Virus record (IMG/VR): IMGVR_UViG_3300022562_000354 | Location: 1-64,000 of that record | Direction: 5' to 3' (one strand) | From: a virus | Length of the DNA: 64,000 nucleotides | Notes under the pieces: model-generated | Seen by the model: the letters and a program-made list of their open reading frames with translations, nothing else | What the model was told of the DNA's origin: nothing | Database searches by the model: none | Translations under genes and position numbers: made by a program | Shown here: in pieces, positions 35,731-45,112 of the stretch | Layout of the letters: the number at the start of each line of letters is the position of its first letter | How positions within the stretch are numbered: position 1 is the stretch's first letter

Positions 35731-35750
35731 GAAAATGCAGCGAAACCAGC

Positions 35751-35966
35751 TTACGCTTTCACGTAGGCGTGACGCACGCCCATGCCCCGTGCTTCCTCCG
35801 GGGTCATCAAGCGGATCAACCCCTCGGATTCTAGTTCGATGAGGTACCTCTCCGCATCATCGAGCGAGCACCTGCACATCGTAGCAACCCGGCCGATCAA
35901 GACGTACGGACGGTCCTCGAAGTACCGTAGAATCTCCTCTCGAAACTCGCTGGGTTTGCGGTACAT
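35751..35966 (-). CDS. Small winged-helix DNA-binding protein
   Basis: IGRVATMCRCSLDDAERYLIELESEGLI. Confidence 0.6.
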   Translation of the reverse strand: MYRKPSEFREEILRYFEDRPYVLIGRVATMCRCSLDDAERYLIELESEGLIRLMTPEEARGMGVRHAYVKA

Positions 35967-35969
35967 CGA

Positions 35970-36203
35970 TCACTTGAGTAGGGGTAGATCATCACCGGGG
36001 AGGTACTTGGGGGCCGGGATCGGCTCAAGCCCGTCGAGCTGGTGAACTTCAAGGACGGTCACCCCTTCGGCCTTCAAGCGGGCCATGAAGGCATCGAGGT
36101 CCGGTACCGTTGCGTTGAACGTGTCGAGACCCTCCCCGATCACGAGCAAGTGCTCTTTGATCGGCACATCTCGTTCGGAACGAACCACGAACGAGTAGTA
36201 CAT
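35970..36203 (-). CDS. Hypothetical protein
   Basis: Compact ORF directly after the upstream stop. Confidence 0.55.
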   Translation of the reverse strand: MYYSFVVRSERDVPIKEHLLVIGEGLDTFNATVPDLDAFMARLKAEGVTVLEVHQLDGLEPIPAPKYLPGDDLPLLK

Positions 36204-36362
36204 TCAGCGGGTCCGGTCGTAGGAGTAGGACTTTTTCAAAGAGAGCGTCTTGGCCGCCTGTTGAGCGATCTTAGCCGGGTCCTGATCGTGCTTGTCTCGA
36301 AGCTCCTTCAATGCCTCGACGAGCTTACGGTAAGCACTGTCGAACGAACTATGGCGGTCCAT
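36204..36362 (-). CDS. 52-aa protein ending KKSYSYDRTR
   Basis: Below the ORF-track cutoff: MDRHSSFDSAYRKLVEALKELRDKHDQDPAKIAQQAAKTLSLKKSYSYDRTR; fills the gap exactly. Confidence 0.6.
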   Translation of the reverse strand: MDRHSSFDSAYRKLVEALKELRDKHDQDPAKIAQQAAKTLSLKKSYSYDRTR

Positions 36363-36385
36363 GCTTTAGGTGAAGCATCGAAGCA

Positions 36386-37564
36386 TTAGACGACCTCCAC
36401 GCTCACCCCTGTCATCGGGATGTCCGTCAGCTCTACAGCGTACAGCTTGGACCAGTCGACCCAAAGGTTCGCCGCAACCTCGGTCTCGACCGTCCACTTG
36501 TCGTGGGCTTCCTTCGTTCGGCACCAGTAGCCGTTCGGGTCCACCTCAAGGTACCCAGCGGGCTCGGTCAAGTAGATGGCGACTTCAACCGCCATGCCGG
36601 TTGCGGGCAACACGAGCACCCTGGCTTGACCCTGGATACGCCTCGCTGCATTCGGCGTAGCAAGCCAAAGACCACTCGTGCGACCCATCAGGGCCTCCAT
36701 CACCAGGGACGACTTGGTGCGCCGCTGCTTCACGGCCTCTTCCACGAGGTACCAGGCGAACCCCCGGACCCAGCTTGTAGCCGTCGAGGAAAGGATGCTC
36801 TGCCGGGTGTCGAACCGGACGTTACGGGCTAGCGGGTCTTGGAGAAGGTGTCGGGTGTTCCCAAACGTCTTCAAGTCCTTGATGCAGTCAAAGCCTCCCT
36901 CGCCAGGCTTCCCCAACGGGAAGAAGTCCAGAAACCCCCTGGCAAGCCCCGTAGAGGACTCTAGGAGCGTTGGGAGAGCGTTTTGGACTTGGGTTGCCAT
37001 GAGGCGCCGACCCGCCCTTGAGGCCATGAGAAGCCTCCCATCGCCTTCCGCACGGAGCAGTTCCGTCTGAGGTGGAAGGCGGTCGAGGAGCTTCTCTACA
37101 ACATCCCGCTCACGCCCTTGGTCGAAGGACCACTGGACGATGAAGCCCTCGATCTCCGGCCGAAGACGCTTGGCTGGCATCGCCATGTTCCCGCTCTCGC
37201 GGGGTACCGGAGCCGGCTGGTAGAGATCGTCTTCCGTGATACGGGCAAGGGCTCGCCCCGTCTCAGCCGAAACCAAGAGAATGGAGTCCCCGATCTGGCT
37301 GTACTCGTCGGCGAGGTAAGTAGCCTCTTGCTCGACACTCTCCTCGGGGAAGCACTTTTGAAGCTCCGGTACGAGCTTCTCTTTGAGCCACTCGGCGGGT
37401 CGACCCTCGGCCCGAGCCTGCTTGAAGAGGTCGCCGATCTCAGGGACCGTCTGGACAGCTACCCGAGCGAGGCGAAGAAGACCAGGGGCCGGGTTCGACT
37501 GCGAGAGGACTTTGACGTCCACCCGAGCGATCTCGGCTGCGGCTCCTTTCGTAAGGTCGCTCAT
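36386..37564 (-). CDS. Hypothetical protein (392 aa)
   Basis: Long coupled ORF. Confidence 0.65.
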   Translation of the reverse strand: MSDLTKGAAAEIARVDVKVLSQSNPAPGLLRLARVAVQTVPEIGDLFKQARAEGRPAEWLKEKLVPELQKCFPEESVEQEATYLADEYSQIGDSILLVSAETGRALARITEDDLYQPAPVPRESGNMAMPAKRLRPEIEGFIVQWSFDQGRERDVVEKLLDRLPPQTELLRAEGDGRLLMASRAGRRLMATQVQNALPTLLESSTGLARGFLDFFPLGKPGEGGFDCIKDLKTFGNTRHLLQDPLARNVRFDTRQSILSSTATSWVRGFAWYLVEEAVKQRRTKSSLVMEALMGRTSGLWLATPNAARRIQGQARVLVLPATGMAVEVAIYLTEPAGYLEVDPNGYWCRTKEAHDKWTVETEVAANLWVDWSKLYAVELTDIPMTGVSVEVV

Positions 37565-37815
37565 GGCTTGGGGTAATGACGGAGAAACCGACTACAAGCC
37601 ATGCAGAACATGACCTGATCGCCCTTCTTGACCAGGCCACGGTTGACGGTCTGCGTGTCAACGTGGACCGTCTGGATGCTGGCGTGATCCTTCGGGTGAG
37701 GGCACTTCTGCTGGGACTCCTCAACCATGTTCAAGAGCCGGGCGTGCTCATCCGCACGCCCGGCCTTGCGGGCACGTTCACAGTCCCGGATGAGTTGCCA
37801 GTTACGCGTCCCCAA
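37561..37815 (-). CDS. Small zinc-binding protein
   Basis: CPHP...CMAC. Confidence 0.55.
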   Translation of the reverse strand: MGTRNWQLIRDCERARKAGRADEHARLLNMVEESQQKCPHPKDHASIQTVHVDTQTVNRGLVKKGDQVMFCMACSRFLRHYPKP

Positions 37816-37821
37816 GGTGGC

Positions 37822-39393
37822 TCACTTACCACCAGAGATCATAAGGAAATGCTCGGAACGGTGGTTCGAGGCCAGACGGGCGCGGATCCCGTCGTCCGCC
37901 TCAGCGTCGTAGCCCACCCAATCGAGGATTTCCTTGATCTCGTCATTCATCGTCTTGATGATACGGGGGCGGCGGGCAAGCTCGTTTCCGAGGATCGCCT
38001 CATCGAGAGCAGGTTTTTTGGCGGCGAAGGAGTCGATCATAGCCGCCTTGATGGCCTGCTCGATCTCGCGTCCGACCAGGTTCTTGGCTCGGTCGGCGAG
38101 GTCGGCGAGGTTGAAGGACGACATGTCCTGGCTGGACTTCTTGGCATGGATCTTCAAGATGTCGATGCGGTCCTCTTCCGTGGGGAGGTCGAAGAAGAAT
38201 CGCTCGGGCATACGGTTGACCATCTCCACCGGAAGAGTCTTCAGGGAGTTGGCCGTCATGGCGATGCAGACTTGGGCCTTGGTTTCCTGAGACCACGTGG
38301 ACAGGATACCGAGGAGGCGGGACGTGGTACCTGCATCCGACTGCGCCGATGACTGGGTGCCTGCGAGGGACTTCTCAGCTTCATCGATCCACATGACGCA
38401 AGGCGAGATCCCCTCGATGATCTTGAGGGCTCGGTACATGTTGTTTTCCGAGTCGCCGACGCCGGAGGAGCGGAGCCGCCCCAACTCGAATTGTACCAGG
38501 GGGAGACCCCACTCTCGGGTCATCGCCTTGGCGCAGACGGACTTGCCGCACCCGTAGACGCCAACCAAGAGAACGCCTCGGGGCGGGGTAAGCCCGAAGG
38601 CTTGACCCTCTTTGGTCCAGCAAGCCTTGGACTTCCGTGCCCACTCTTTGAAGCGCTGGGCGCCGCCGATCGTGGCGAACGACTCATCGTCCGTGTTGGC
38701 GAACGAAACGAGGTCAGACTTACGGAGCTGGTTCCGCTTGTACTCGACGACGTGAGTAGGGTCGACACGGCGGGCATTGGTAGCCTCTTTCCGCGTACGG
38801 ACAACCGACTGCGTGATAGACGCCTCGATCTCGTACGAGGTCATCCCCTTGAAAAGATTGGTGACGTCCGGGGGCGGGGTGGCGCGGAGCTGCGTACAGA
38901 ACTGCTGGACGCATTGATTGATCTCCTCGCCCGTGAGCCCGGTGTCGTGGACGACCTCCATGTAGCGAGCGAGCTTTTCAGGTACCGACTTGCGGTGCCC
39001 CACGAAGATGAGGCACTTGACGATGCGGAGATCCTGATGGAGCTGGTGGATGATGTTGAGCGTACGCCGTACGACGTGCTCATCCTTGAACCAGCGCTCG
39101 GGGTCCGTGATGATGTAGAAGTTCTCGGTGTCCTTCGGATCATCTTGGTAAATCTTGATCATCGCATCGTTGATGCTCGCGGCATCCGAGGCGACGGAAT
39201 GGGCTCGGCTTGACCAGTCACGGACCATGTCCGCGATCGGCTTGAGCCCCATGGCGGCGTTGTACACCCACGTACGGGCCTCGTGCTTCTTCATGTGCTC
39301 GTGGAAGCGGACGATGAAGCGGTCCTCCTCATCCGTCACGAAGAAGATGGCTCGGGTCAGGGCGCGTAGTTGATGTACCAGTTCAGGCGTCAT
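37822..39393 (-). CDS. Ycf46-like AAA+ ATPase
   Basis: Inactive N-terminal domain (TDEEDR); PRGVLLVGVYGCGKS, MWIDEAEK, MTAN and ERFFFDLP motifs. Confidence 0.85.
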   Translation of the reverse strand: MTPELVHQLRALTRAIFFVTDEEDRFIVRFHEHMKKHEARTWVYNAAMGLKPIADMVRDWSSRAHSVASDAASINDAMIKIYQDDPKDTENFYIITDPERWFKDEHVVRRTLNIIHQLHQDLRIVKCLIFVGHRKSVPEKLARYMEVVHDTGLTGEEINQCVQQFCTQLRATPPPDVTNLFKGMTSYEIEASITQSVVRTRKEATNARRVDPTHVVEYKRNQLRKSDLVSFANTDDESFATIGGAQRFKEWARKSKACWTKEGQAFGLTPPRGVLLVGVYGCGKSVCAKAMTREWGLPLVQFELGRLRSSGVGDSENNMYRALKIIEGISPCVMWIDEAEKSLAGTQSSAQSDAGTTSRLLGILSTWSQETKAQVCIAMTANSLKTLPVEMVNRMPERFFFDLPTEEDRIDILKIHAKKSSQDMSSFNLADLADRAKNLVGREIEQAIKAAMIDSFAAKKPALDEAILGNELARRPRIIKTMNDEIKEILDWVGYDAEADDGIRARLASNHRSEHFLMISGGK

Positions 39394-39416
39394 TTGCTTG
39401 GGCTCCGAGATTAATC

Positions 39417-39423
39417 TACACCG
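39417..39423 (-). promoter_or_regulatory. CGGTGTA promoter-like element
   Basis: 23 nt before the AAA ATG, with GGAG in between; follows a terminator. Confidence 0.7.
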
Positions 39424-39435
39424 CTAGAAAGGCAA

Positions 39436-39468
39436 GAGGCCCACCCTTTTCAAAAAAGGGCGGGCCTC
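39436..39468 (-). terminator. Hairpin terminator between DUF1257 and the AAA gene
   Basis: GAGGCCCGCCCTTTT/AAAAGGGTGGGCCTC followed by TTGCCTTT. Confidence 0.6.
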
Positions 39469-39486
39469 AAGCTGCCCCTTCGGCGG

Positions 39487-39822
39487 TCACGCTCGCTGGA
39501 CGATCACGTAGGTATCGCCGTTCTTCTCCGTGCCGCTCTCGGTGATGATGTGACCTTCCTTGAAGGCCACAGCGCGGAACTCGGCTTCCGAGTACGCTTG
39601 GCGGAGAAGGCCGAGCTTGCTCGCGTCGGTGTTCCTGAAGTGGTCGACATCTCCACTCTGGATGCGCCCCGTGGCGAGGTTGATCGAAGCACCGTTGTAG
39701 GCGCCGGAGAGAAGATCGATAACGGTACCGTGCTCGCGGTACTCGATCTTCTGCTGCTTGAGAGCCGTGATGAGGTGCTCACGGTTCGTCATCTCCGACT
39801 CAATCGTAACTCGGTGAGACAT
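39487..39822 (-). CDS. DUF1257 (Ycf35-like) protein
   Basis: MSHRVTIESEMTNREHLITAL...LLRQAYS...GH; GAAAGGA SD. Confidence 0.7.
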   Translation of the reverse strand: MSHRVTIESEMTNREHLITALKQQKIEYREHGTVIDLLSGAYNGASINLATGRIQSGDVDHFRNTDASKLGLLRQAYSEAEFRAVAFKEGHIITESGTEKNGDTYVIVQRA

Positions 39823-39857
39823 AGTTCGTTCCTTTCGAGATGGCCGGGAGGTTGTTC

Positions 39858-40037
39858 TCAGCCGCCGCTGTTGACTTCGTGGACCGTGGGGCAATCCCCA
39901 TCGGGGATGTGCTCATCCGAGATGGTTCGCCCCAACTGCTGGGTGACCCTCGTGATTTCGTTGCAGTCGTGCTCCTGACGGTTGAGCACTTCCACAACCT
40001 TCTTCCCGTCCGTCTTGAATGAGACCTTGTAAAGCAT
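39858..40037 (-). CDS. DUF2997-like small protein (59 aa)
   Basis: Below the ORF-track cutoff: MLYKVSFKTDGKKVVEVLNRQEHDCNEITRVTQQLGRTISDEH...; AAGGAAAGG SD; position within the triad. Confidence 0.65.
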   Translation of the reverse strand: MLYKVSFKTDGKKVVEVLNRQEHDCNEITRVTQQLGRTISDEHIPDGDCPTVHEVNSGG

Positions 40038-40064
40038 CGTCGCGCCTTTCCTTGAGGGGCCTAC

Positions 40065-40733
40065 TCACTCTACACCGTTTCCACCTAGACGAACAGTAGC
40101 GCCACGTTTTACTACGACAACGCCTTGTTCTGTTTTTCGAGGCGGCTCGGGAGCGGCCCATGGGTCTTTGGGTGCCGTAGCGGGTTTTCCCGGCAACATT
40201 CGCCCACTTTGCTTGGGGGTGTTCATCTGAAGCAAGTCTGGGGACAACTTCGTCGTCGTAGCTTTCACCATAGGTTTGGTTGAAGCGGCGACGGGTTGTG
40301 GAGCCGGCTCGGGTGATTCTGGTACCTTGAGGGGCTCCTCGGGGATGGGAACAGGGGCGGGTTCCGTCTCCGGGATGGGCTCTTCCTCCTCTACGGCGGG
40401 GGGAGGCTCGCTATCTTGCGGCACCGGGTCCGGTTCTGCAAGGTCTCTTGGGTCCAACCATGCCGAGGGCGTCCCGATCGCCTGGACTGGAGGGTTGAAC
40501 ATCTTGAACTGTTTGGCTTGAATCTCACGGATCCTCGGGTCCGTAGGGTCCATTCTAGGTACCTTCGAGAAGAGGCGCTCCTCCCAGGTGGCGACCCGTT
40601 GGTCGAACTTGGTGGTACCATGCGCAGATCGGGTGCATTCCGGTTGAACGCAGCGAACGCAGAACGCCAACCGGAAGTCCTCAACCGGGACCTGTTGGTC
40701 GTTACATTCGCGGAGATAGTCCAGCCGTCGCAT
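40065..40733 (-). CDS. Hypothetical protein (Cys cluster and Pro/Glu-rich tail)
   Basis: ECN...FCVRCVQPEC. Confidence 0.6.
   Translation of the reverse strand: MRRLDYLRECNDQQVPVEDFRLAFCVRCVQPECTRSAHGTTKFDQRVATWEERLFSKVPRMDPTDPRIREIQAKQFKMFNPPVQAIGTPSAWLDPRDLAEPDPVPQDSEPPPAVEEEEPIPETEPAPVPIPEEPLKVPESPEPAPQPVAASTKPMVKATTTKLSPDLLQMNTPKQSGRMLPGKPATAPKDPWAAPEPPRKTEQGVVVVKRGATVRLGGNGVE
40071..40077 (-). promoter_or_regulatory. CGGTGTA promoter-like element
   Basis: 33 nt before ATG 40037, with an SD in between. Confidence 0.65.
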
Positions 40734-40758
40734 CTATCTTCTCGATCCCATAAGGACA

Positions 40759-43700
40759 CTAGAGGTTGTGGTCACGCATCCGACGCGCAAACTCATCCGG
40801 GTTGACCAAGAACCCTTCGCTTGGATCGATGAGGGTTTCATTGGAGATAGCGCAGATCAAATGTAGGGCTTTGCAGTCCCCATTGTCCATCGTGTTGACC
40901 AGAACACTCAGGACTTGGCGGGCGGATTGCTCTGAGAGCACGGGGAGTTGGTAGGTGAAGACTTCCCCCTTGACCACTACGTGCCCATTGGAGCCGTTTG
41001 GCTTGGCCACCGGGGGTGGCGGTGGAGTCGAAGGTACCGGAGTGGCTTGTGTCGGAGTGGCTTGTGCCGGAGTGGGGGCCGGGGATGGAGTCGCTACCGG
41101 CGCTTGAGGTTGAGCTGTGGGGGGCTTCGGAGCCTGAGTCGGAGCTGCTGTCTTGGAACCCCCAGTCGGGAACGGCTGCGCCAACCACTCGGCGAGACCA
41201 TCGGGCTGCGGCAGGTAGTCCGGGAAGATGACCCCTTCGAGCCACTGAGGTACCTTCGTGTAGACGCGGTCGCCGACCCGGATCTGGCTGTCCTTGAGCG
41301 GCTTGTCGCCTTCCTTCGGGGGCTTGTGCTCCCCCCGCATGACCTTGTGGTAGTCGATCTTGCAGTCCCAAGTCGTGTCGATGAGAGGCTCCACCTCAAG
41401 CGGTACCTCCCACTTCACGAGCCGACCAGGGAGCGTCATCAAAGCCTCGATGACGTGCATCGCCTTCTGGAAGAAGCCGGCCTCCACGCCCTCATGGCGG
41501 ATCTCGAAGACGATTTCGTCGTGAACCGTCATAAGCATCCGGATGAGATCCGCCTGGATCCACCCGAGCTTGTAGAACTCCTTGTGAAGTAGAACGAGCG
41601 CCATCTTCATGATGTCGGCGCCCGCCCCTTGGATCGGGTAGTTGATGGACCAACGCTCCGCCGCCGCGATGAGGGGCTTGTTCGGCGACCCGTCCGGGAG
41701 CTGCGAGTCGATCTCGGGGATGTAGATCCAACGGCCGAAAGGGGTCTTGATACCCTTCTTGGCCTTGACGAACGCCTTTTGCCCCTTCACCCACTGGGCG
41801 AAGACCGGCATCGCCTTGTCGAAGTTGGACTTCCTCCGAGCGCCTTCCTGCTGGCTGCACCCGGTCGCTCGCATGATGGCTTGAGCCCCGCCACCGTAAA
41901 CGAGCGAAAAGTTGGCGATTTTGCCTTGTTGTCGCTCTTGCTTCGTGATCTCCTGCTTGTTGAAGAACGCACGAGCCGTGATGCTGTGTAGGTCGCCTGT
42001 CCCCTCTTTGAACTCCTTGATCCACACGGGCTCTTTGGAGAGGTTGGTGACGATGCGAAGCTCCTCACCCGCGAAGTCGACCTTCGCCATCGTGTAGCCA
42101 GGTCGAGCCTTGAACGCTTGGCGGAGAGCTGTGGCGACCTTCGGCTTCTTCTCGTCGTAAGTACCGGGGATCCCGTGAGGTGGGAACCCGCAGAAGCCGT
42201 GCTCAGGCTTCCCAGCGGGAGCACTGATACGACCCGTAGCTGCTCCGTGCTGTTTGAACTGGATGCGAGCCTCATCGTTGGCATCGCAGTTCTTGGTCAT
42301 GCTTTCGAGGTAGGTCCCGATGACCTTCTCGACTTGCCGGTACTTGACGATGGTGAGGAGAACCGGGTTGACGTTGCTACCCTCGACGAGCCCCTCCAAG
42401 GTGTCCGCGTCCGTCTTGTGCCACCCAGACTTCTCGTTCACCTCGGGCTTCGGGGTGATGTTGAGACCGTTGGGGCTTGAGAAGAGAAACTCCGACAACT
42501 GCTGGGGAGACTGGGGGTCGAAGTTGTTGAAGCCGTGTTGCTCCGCCAACGTCACGATTTGGTAGCGGTACCCCTCGGCCTCCTTCTTGGCCGTCTCAAA
42601 CAACCCCTTCACATAAGGCAAGTCGAGAAACACCCGGTGCCGTTCCATGCCCCGAAGCGCCTGCGCCGCCTGCTTTTCAAGGCGGTACGTGTTGGCGTAC
42701 ATGGGGTCACGCACCATGGCCGCCATGACCGGGTTGTCACAGTGCATGAAGGTGCAGATGGCATCCGAGCACCCGTAACGTAGACCCTCCTCGGGGTGCA
42801 GTTCCGCAAACCGAATCTCACGTCGTTTACCGCTGGACGAGACGAACAGCTCTTTCAGCTCGATCATCTCGTAGGGGATCTCCATCCCCTTCTCGTCTTT
42901 GACGCGGTTCCCGTCGACCGTGACGAACAACTGTTTCGCCGACTTGGACTTGAGGTCGAGGTTCTTGTCGTTCGTGTACCGGCAGTAGTAGAGGAGCATC
43001 GCGTCCTCGAACGACTCCGGGTGCCACCAATCGATCCCCGTGACCGGGTATAGCATCTCTTGATCGTACTTCGCGTTCCAGAAGTACAACTTGACCTTGC
43101 CGGGCTCCTTGATCAGCGGACTGCTGAGAGGGTCTTGAACCAGACCCTCATCCGTGAGGACCGGCTGCGCTGCGAGGCAAAGCCGTTGAATAGCCTTGCC
43201 GGCTGCCACTACATCGAGGTTCGGTGAGTCCTCGGCCGTGTGGCGGACAGGAACGTAGTAGCCCGTCTGCCCGTCTGGGCTGAGGCAGTAGCCGACGATC
43301 TTGTGGACCGTCTGAGGGATGCGCTCGGGTGTCGGACCGTCCCAATACTCCTCGAATGCCCCTTTGATTTCCTCGGGCTTCTTCCAGTAGATGCGCGTAT
43401 CGAGCCCGTGTGTCTCCAGGTCGAGGGCGCACTTTCCGGTGATTAGGGCCTTTTCGATGACTTCGTAGAGCTGCTCGATGGTCTTGACGAGGACGAAGTC
43501 GTGGTACCGCATCCACGGCTTGGTGATATCGGGCACCTCTCGCTGTTGCTTGAGCCCCATGTCCGCCATGAAGCTGAGAGGATCGTCGTCCCCGTCTATG
43601 GCGCTAACCGCTGGGGCGGTCGGTGCATCGGGTAGGTCGATTTCGAGGTCACCTCCGGGATCAGGCGCCTCCTCAACCTTGGCCAGACCTACAAGCATAT

Positions 43701-43848
43701 CGAGGGGATCGTCGTCCTCCTCCTCCTCAACAACGGGGGGAGGAGGCAGGATTTCCTCGATAGGCACGGGGAAAATGCCGTCCTCCCGGATCCACTCGTG
43801 GAGCCGGAACAGTTCCCCCAAGGACACGAAATCGCTATTGTTCGGCAT
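40759..43848 (-). CDS. polA: Family A DNA polymerase (3'-5' exonuclease and polymerase domains)
   Basis: Exo motifs LDLET, NAKYD and YGCSDA; ATGRIS; motif A DFAGEELR; motif B RQQGKIANFSLVYG; INYPIQG; motif C TVHDEI. Start at ATG 43848. Confidence 0.92.
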   Translation of the reverse strand: MPNNSDFVSLGELFRLHEWIREDGIFPVPIEEILPPPPVVEEEEDDDPLDMLVGLAKVEEAPDPGGDLEIDLPDAPTAPAVSAIDGDDDPLSFMADMGLKQQREVPDITKPWMRYHDFVLVKTIEQLYEVIEKALITGKCALDLETHGLDTRIYWKKPEEIKGAFEEYWDGPTPERIPQTVHKIVGYCLSPDGQTGYYVPVRHTAEDSPNLDVVAAGKAIQRLCLAAQPVLTDEGLVQDPLSSPLIKEPGKVKLYFWNAKYDQEMLYPVTGIDWWHPESFEDAMLLYYCRYTNDKNLDLKSKSAKQLFVTVDGNRVKDEKGMEIPYEMIELKELFVSSSGKRREIRFAELHPEEGLRYGCSDAICTFMHCDNPVMAAMVRDPMYANTYRLEKQAAQALRGMERHRVFLDLPYVKGLFETAKKEAEGYRYQIVTLAEQHGFNNFDPQSPQQLSEFLFSSPNGLNITPKPEVNEKSGWHKTDADTLEGLVEGSNVNPVLLTIVKYRQVEKVIGTYLESMTKNCDANDEARIQFKQHGAATGRISAPAGKPEHGFCGFPPHGIPGTYDEKKPKVATALRQAFKARPGYTMAKVDFAGEELRIVTNLSKEPVWIKEFKEGTGDLHSITARAFFNKQEITKQERQQGKIANFSLVYGGGAQAIMRATGCSQQEGARRKSNFDKAMPVFAQWVKGQKAFVKAKKGIKTPFGRWIYIPEIDSQLPDGSPNKPLIAAAERWSINYPIQGAGADIMKMALVLLHKEFYKLGWIQADLIRMLMTVHDEIVFEIRHEGVEAGFFQKAMHVIEALMTLPGRLVKWEVPLEVEPLIDTTWDCKIDYHKVMRGEHKPPKEGDKPLKDSQIRVGDRVYTKVPQWLEGVIFPDYLPQPDGLAEWLAQPFPTGGSKTAAPTQAPKPPTAQPQAPVATPSPAPTPAQATPTQATPVPSTPPPPPVAKPNGSNGHVVVKGEVFTYQLPVLSEQSARQVLSVLVNTMDNGDCKALHLICAISNETLIDPSEGFLVNPDEFARRMRDHNL

Positions 43849-44269
43849 CGACCACCACGACTGTATACACCCCCTCACGCCAGAACTTGACCAGCTCCGC
43901 GATGAGCCGACGAGCATTGGGGTCTTCAATCCCAGATGGCTCGAAGCACCAAGGCATCTTGGAGTGCAGAGGTACGCACTCTTTCGGCCGATAGAAAGGA
44001 CATGGATCCCGCCGCTCGCACACCCGGTTGCCCACAGGGAGCTTCCGGAGGGCTCCCTCGGGTGGGATGCCGAGCGCCTTCACCAAGGGGGAGGACCAGC
44101 CGGCGAGAGCGTGGTCCATCACCGCCTTGTCTACGACCGTAAGCAGGTTGGTTGCCTCCAACCCCTGAGCCGGTACCCACGTCTCTTCCCAACGTTGGCC
44201 GTACTGATAGATGAGGTACAGCTCAAGGTCCCCCATCTCCGCCGTCTTGACCTTGAGTCGTCTAGGCAC
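43835..44269 (-). CDS. Hypothetical Cys-rich protein
   Basis: CERRDPCPFY..EC...PWCF. Confidence 0.6.
   Translation of the reverse strand: MPRRLKVKTAEMGDLELYLIYQYGQRWEETWVPAQGLEATNLLTVVDKAVMDHALAGWSSPLVKALGIPPEGALRKLPVGNRVCERRDPCPFYRPKECVPLHSKMPWCFEPSGIEDPNARRLIAELVKFWREGVYTVVVVDAEQ
43866..43872 (-). promoter_or_regulatory. GGGTGTA variant element
   Basis: 17 nt before the polA ATG at 43848. Confidence 0.55.
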
Positions 44270-44915
44270 CCCGGATCTTCTCCCCGATCTTGTCGAGGAT
44301 GAGCCGAGCCCTCTTGTCCGCCTCCTCGGGGTCGATCGTCCGGTTCGTGACGTTGAAGTGGAGCCCGTCGAGCAACTTCCCCACCGTCAAAAAACCCCGC
44401 ATATCGAAGTCAGACTTGGCTTGCCGCAAGCGGCTTTCACACACACGGAGGAGAGAAATTACGGCCTCTTCCTCCTCCGTAGGACCCGCTCGTCTCCGTG
44501 AAGACCAATCGACCTGCGGCCCCTCTGGGGTGATGATGCCAAACGCCTTCTCCAAACCGAGCAAGACAGCCGTAAATCGGGCATCCGTCTCGTTGTTGAA
44601 CTTCTTCCAAAGGGCGAAGATGTCCCACCGCTCTTGGCACACGAAGCACCAAACGTGAGACGCCGAGCGGGCACTCTCCGGATAGACGCGGGCAGAGGGG
44701 TCCGTGTCTCGTCCATGGAAGGGACACGAGATTTGCTCCTCCGCCTCCGAACCCCCATAACGAAGGTCTACCCCGAAGCGTCGAAGCACGTCATGAGCGG
44801 AAACGTTGGACTTCAGAGTGTCCGTGCGTTGACGCACCCACTCACGGTACTGCTCGTTACGCTCTGCATCACGTAGGGCGTCCTTGTAGTTCTCGCCGAA
44901 GTCGCGGGCCATCAA
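44262..44915 (-). CDS. Stand-alone CHC2 primase zinc-finger protein
   Basis: ISCPFHG.DTDPS...WCFVCQERWDIF; no TOPRIM domain. Confidence 0.8.
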   Translation of the reverse strand: MMARDFGENYKDALRDAERNEQYREWVRQRTDTLKSNVSAHDVLRRFGVDLRYGGSEAEEQISCPFHGRDTDPSARVYPESARSASHVWCFVCQERWDIFALWKKFNNETDARFTAVLLGLEKAFGIITPEGPQVDWSSRRRAGPTEEEEAVISLLRVCESRLRQAKSDFDMRGFLTVGKLLDGLHFNVTNRTIDPEEADKRARLILDKIGEKIRGA

Positions 44916-45112
44916 AGCTCCTCCGACTCCTCAACCACGGGGCTCCGGATGATCCGGCACTCACACGTCTCGTAAAGCGTAGAACCCCAGAAGACCCGAG
45001 TGTGATTGTCGTGAGGGTAGCCGGGAACGAGGTCCCCTTGCTGATGGACGACCCTCATCCCCGTACCCCCGCAAACGAAGCACTGGGTAGAGAACGTACA
45101 AGGGAGGTTCAC
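44912..45112 (-). CDS. Small zinc-finger protein
   Basis: CFVCGGTG...CECR; GTGA overlap. Confidence 0.55.
   Translation of the reverse strand: MNLPCTFSTQCFVCGGTGMRVVHQQGDLVPGYPHDNHTRVFWGSTLYETCECRIIRSPVVEESEEL

Noticed and set aside
33253-43848. Introns or inteins in thyA or polA
   Set aside because: Both read continuously with normal motif spacing; no intein C...HN signature was seen.
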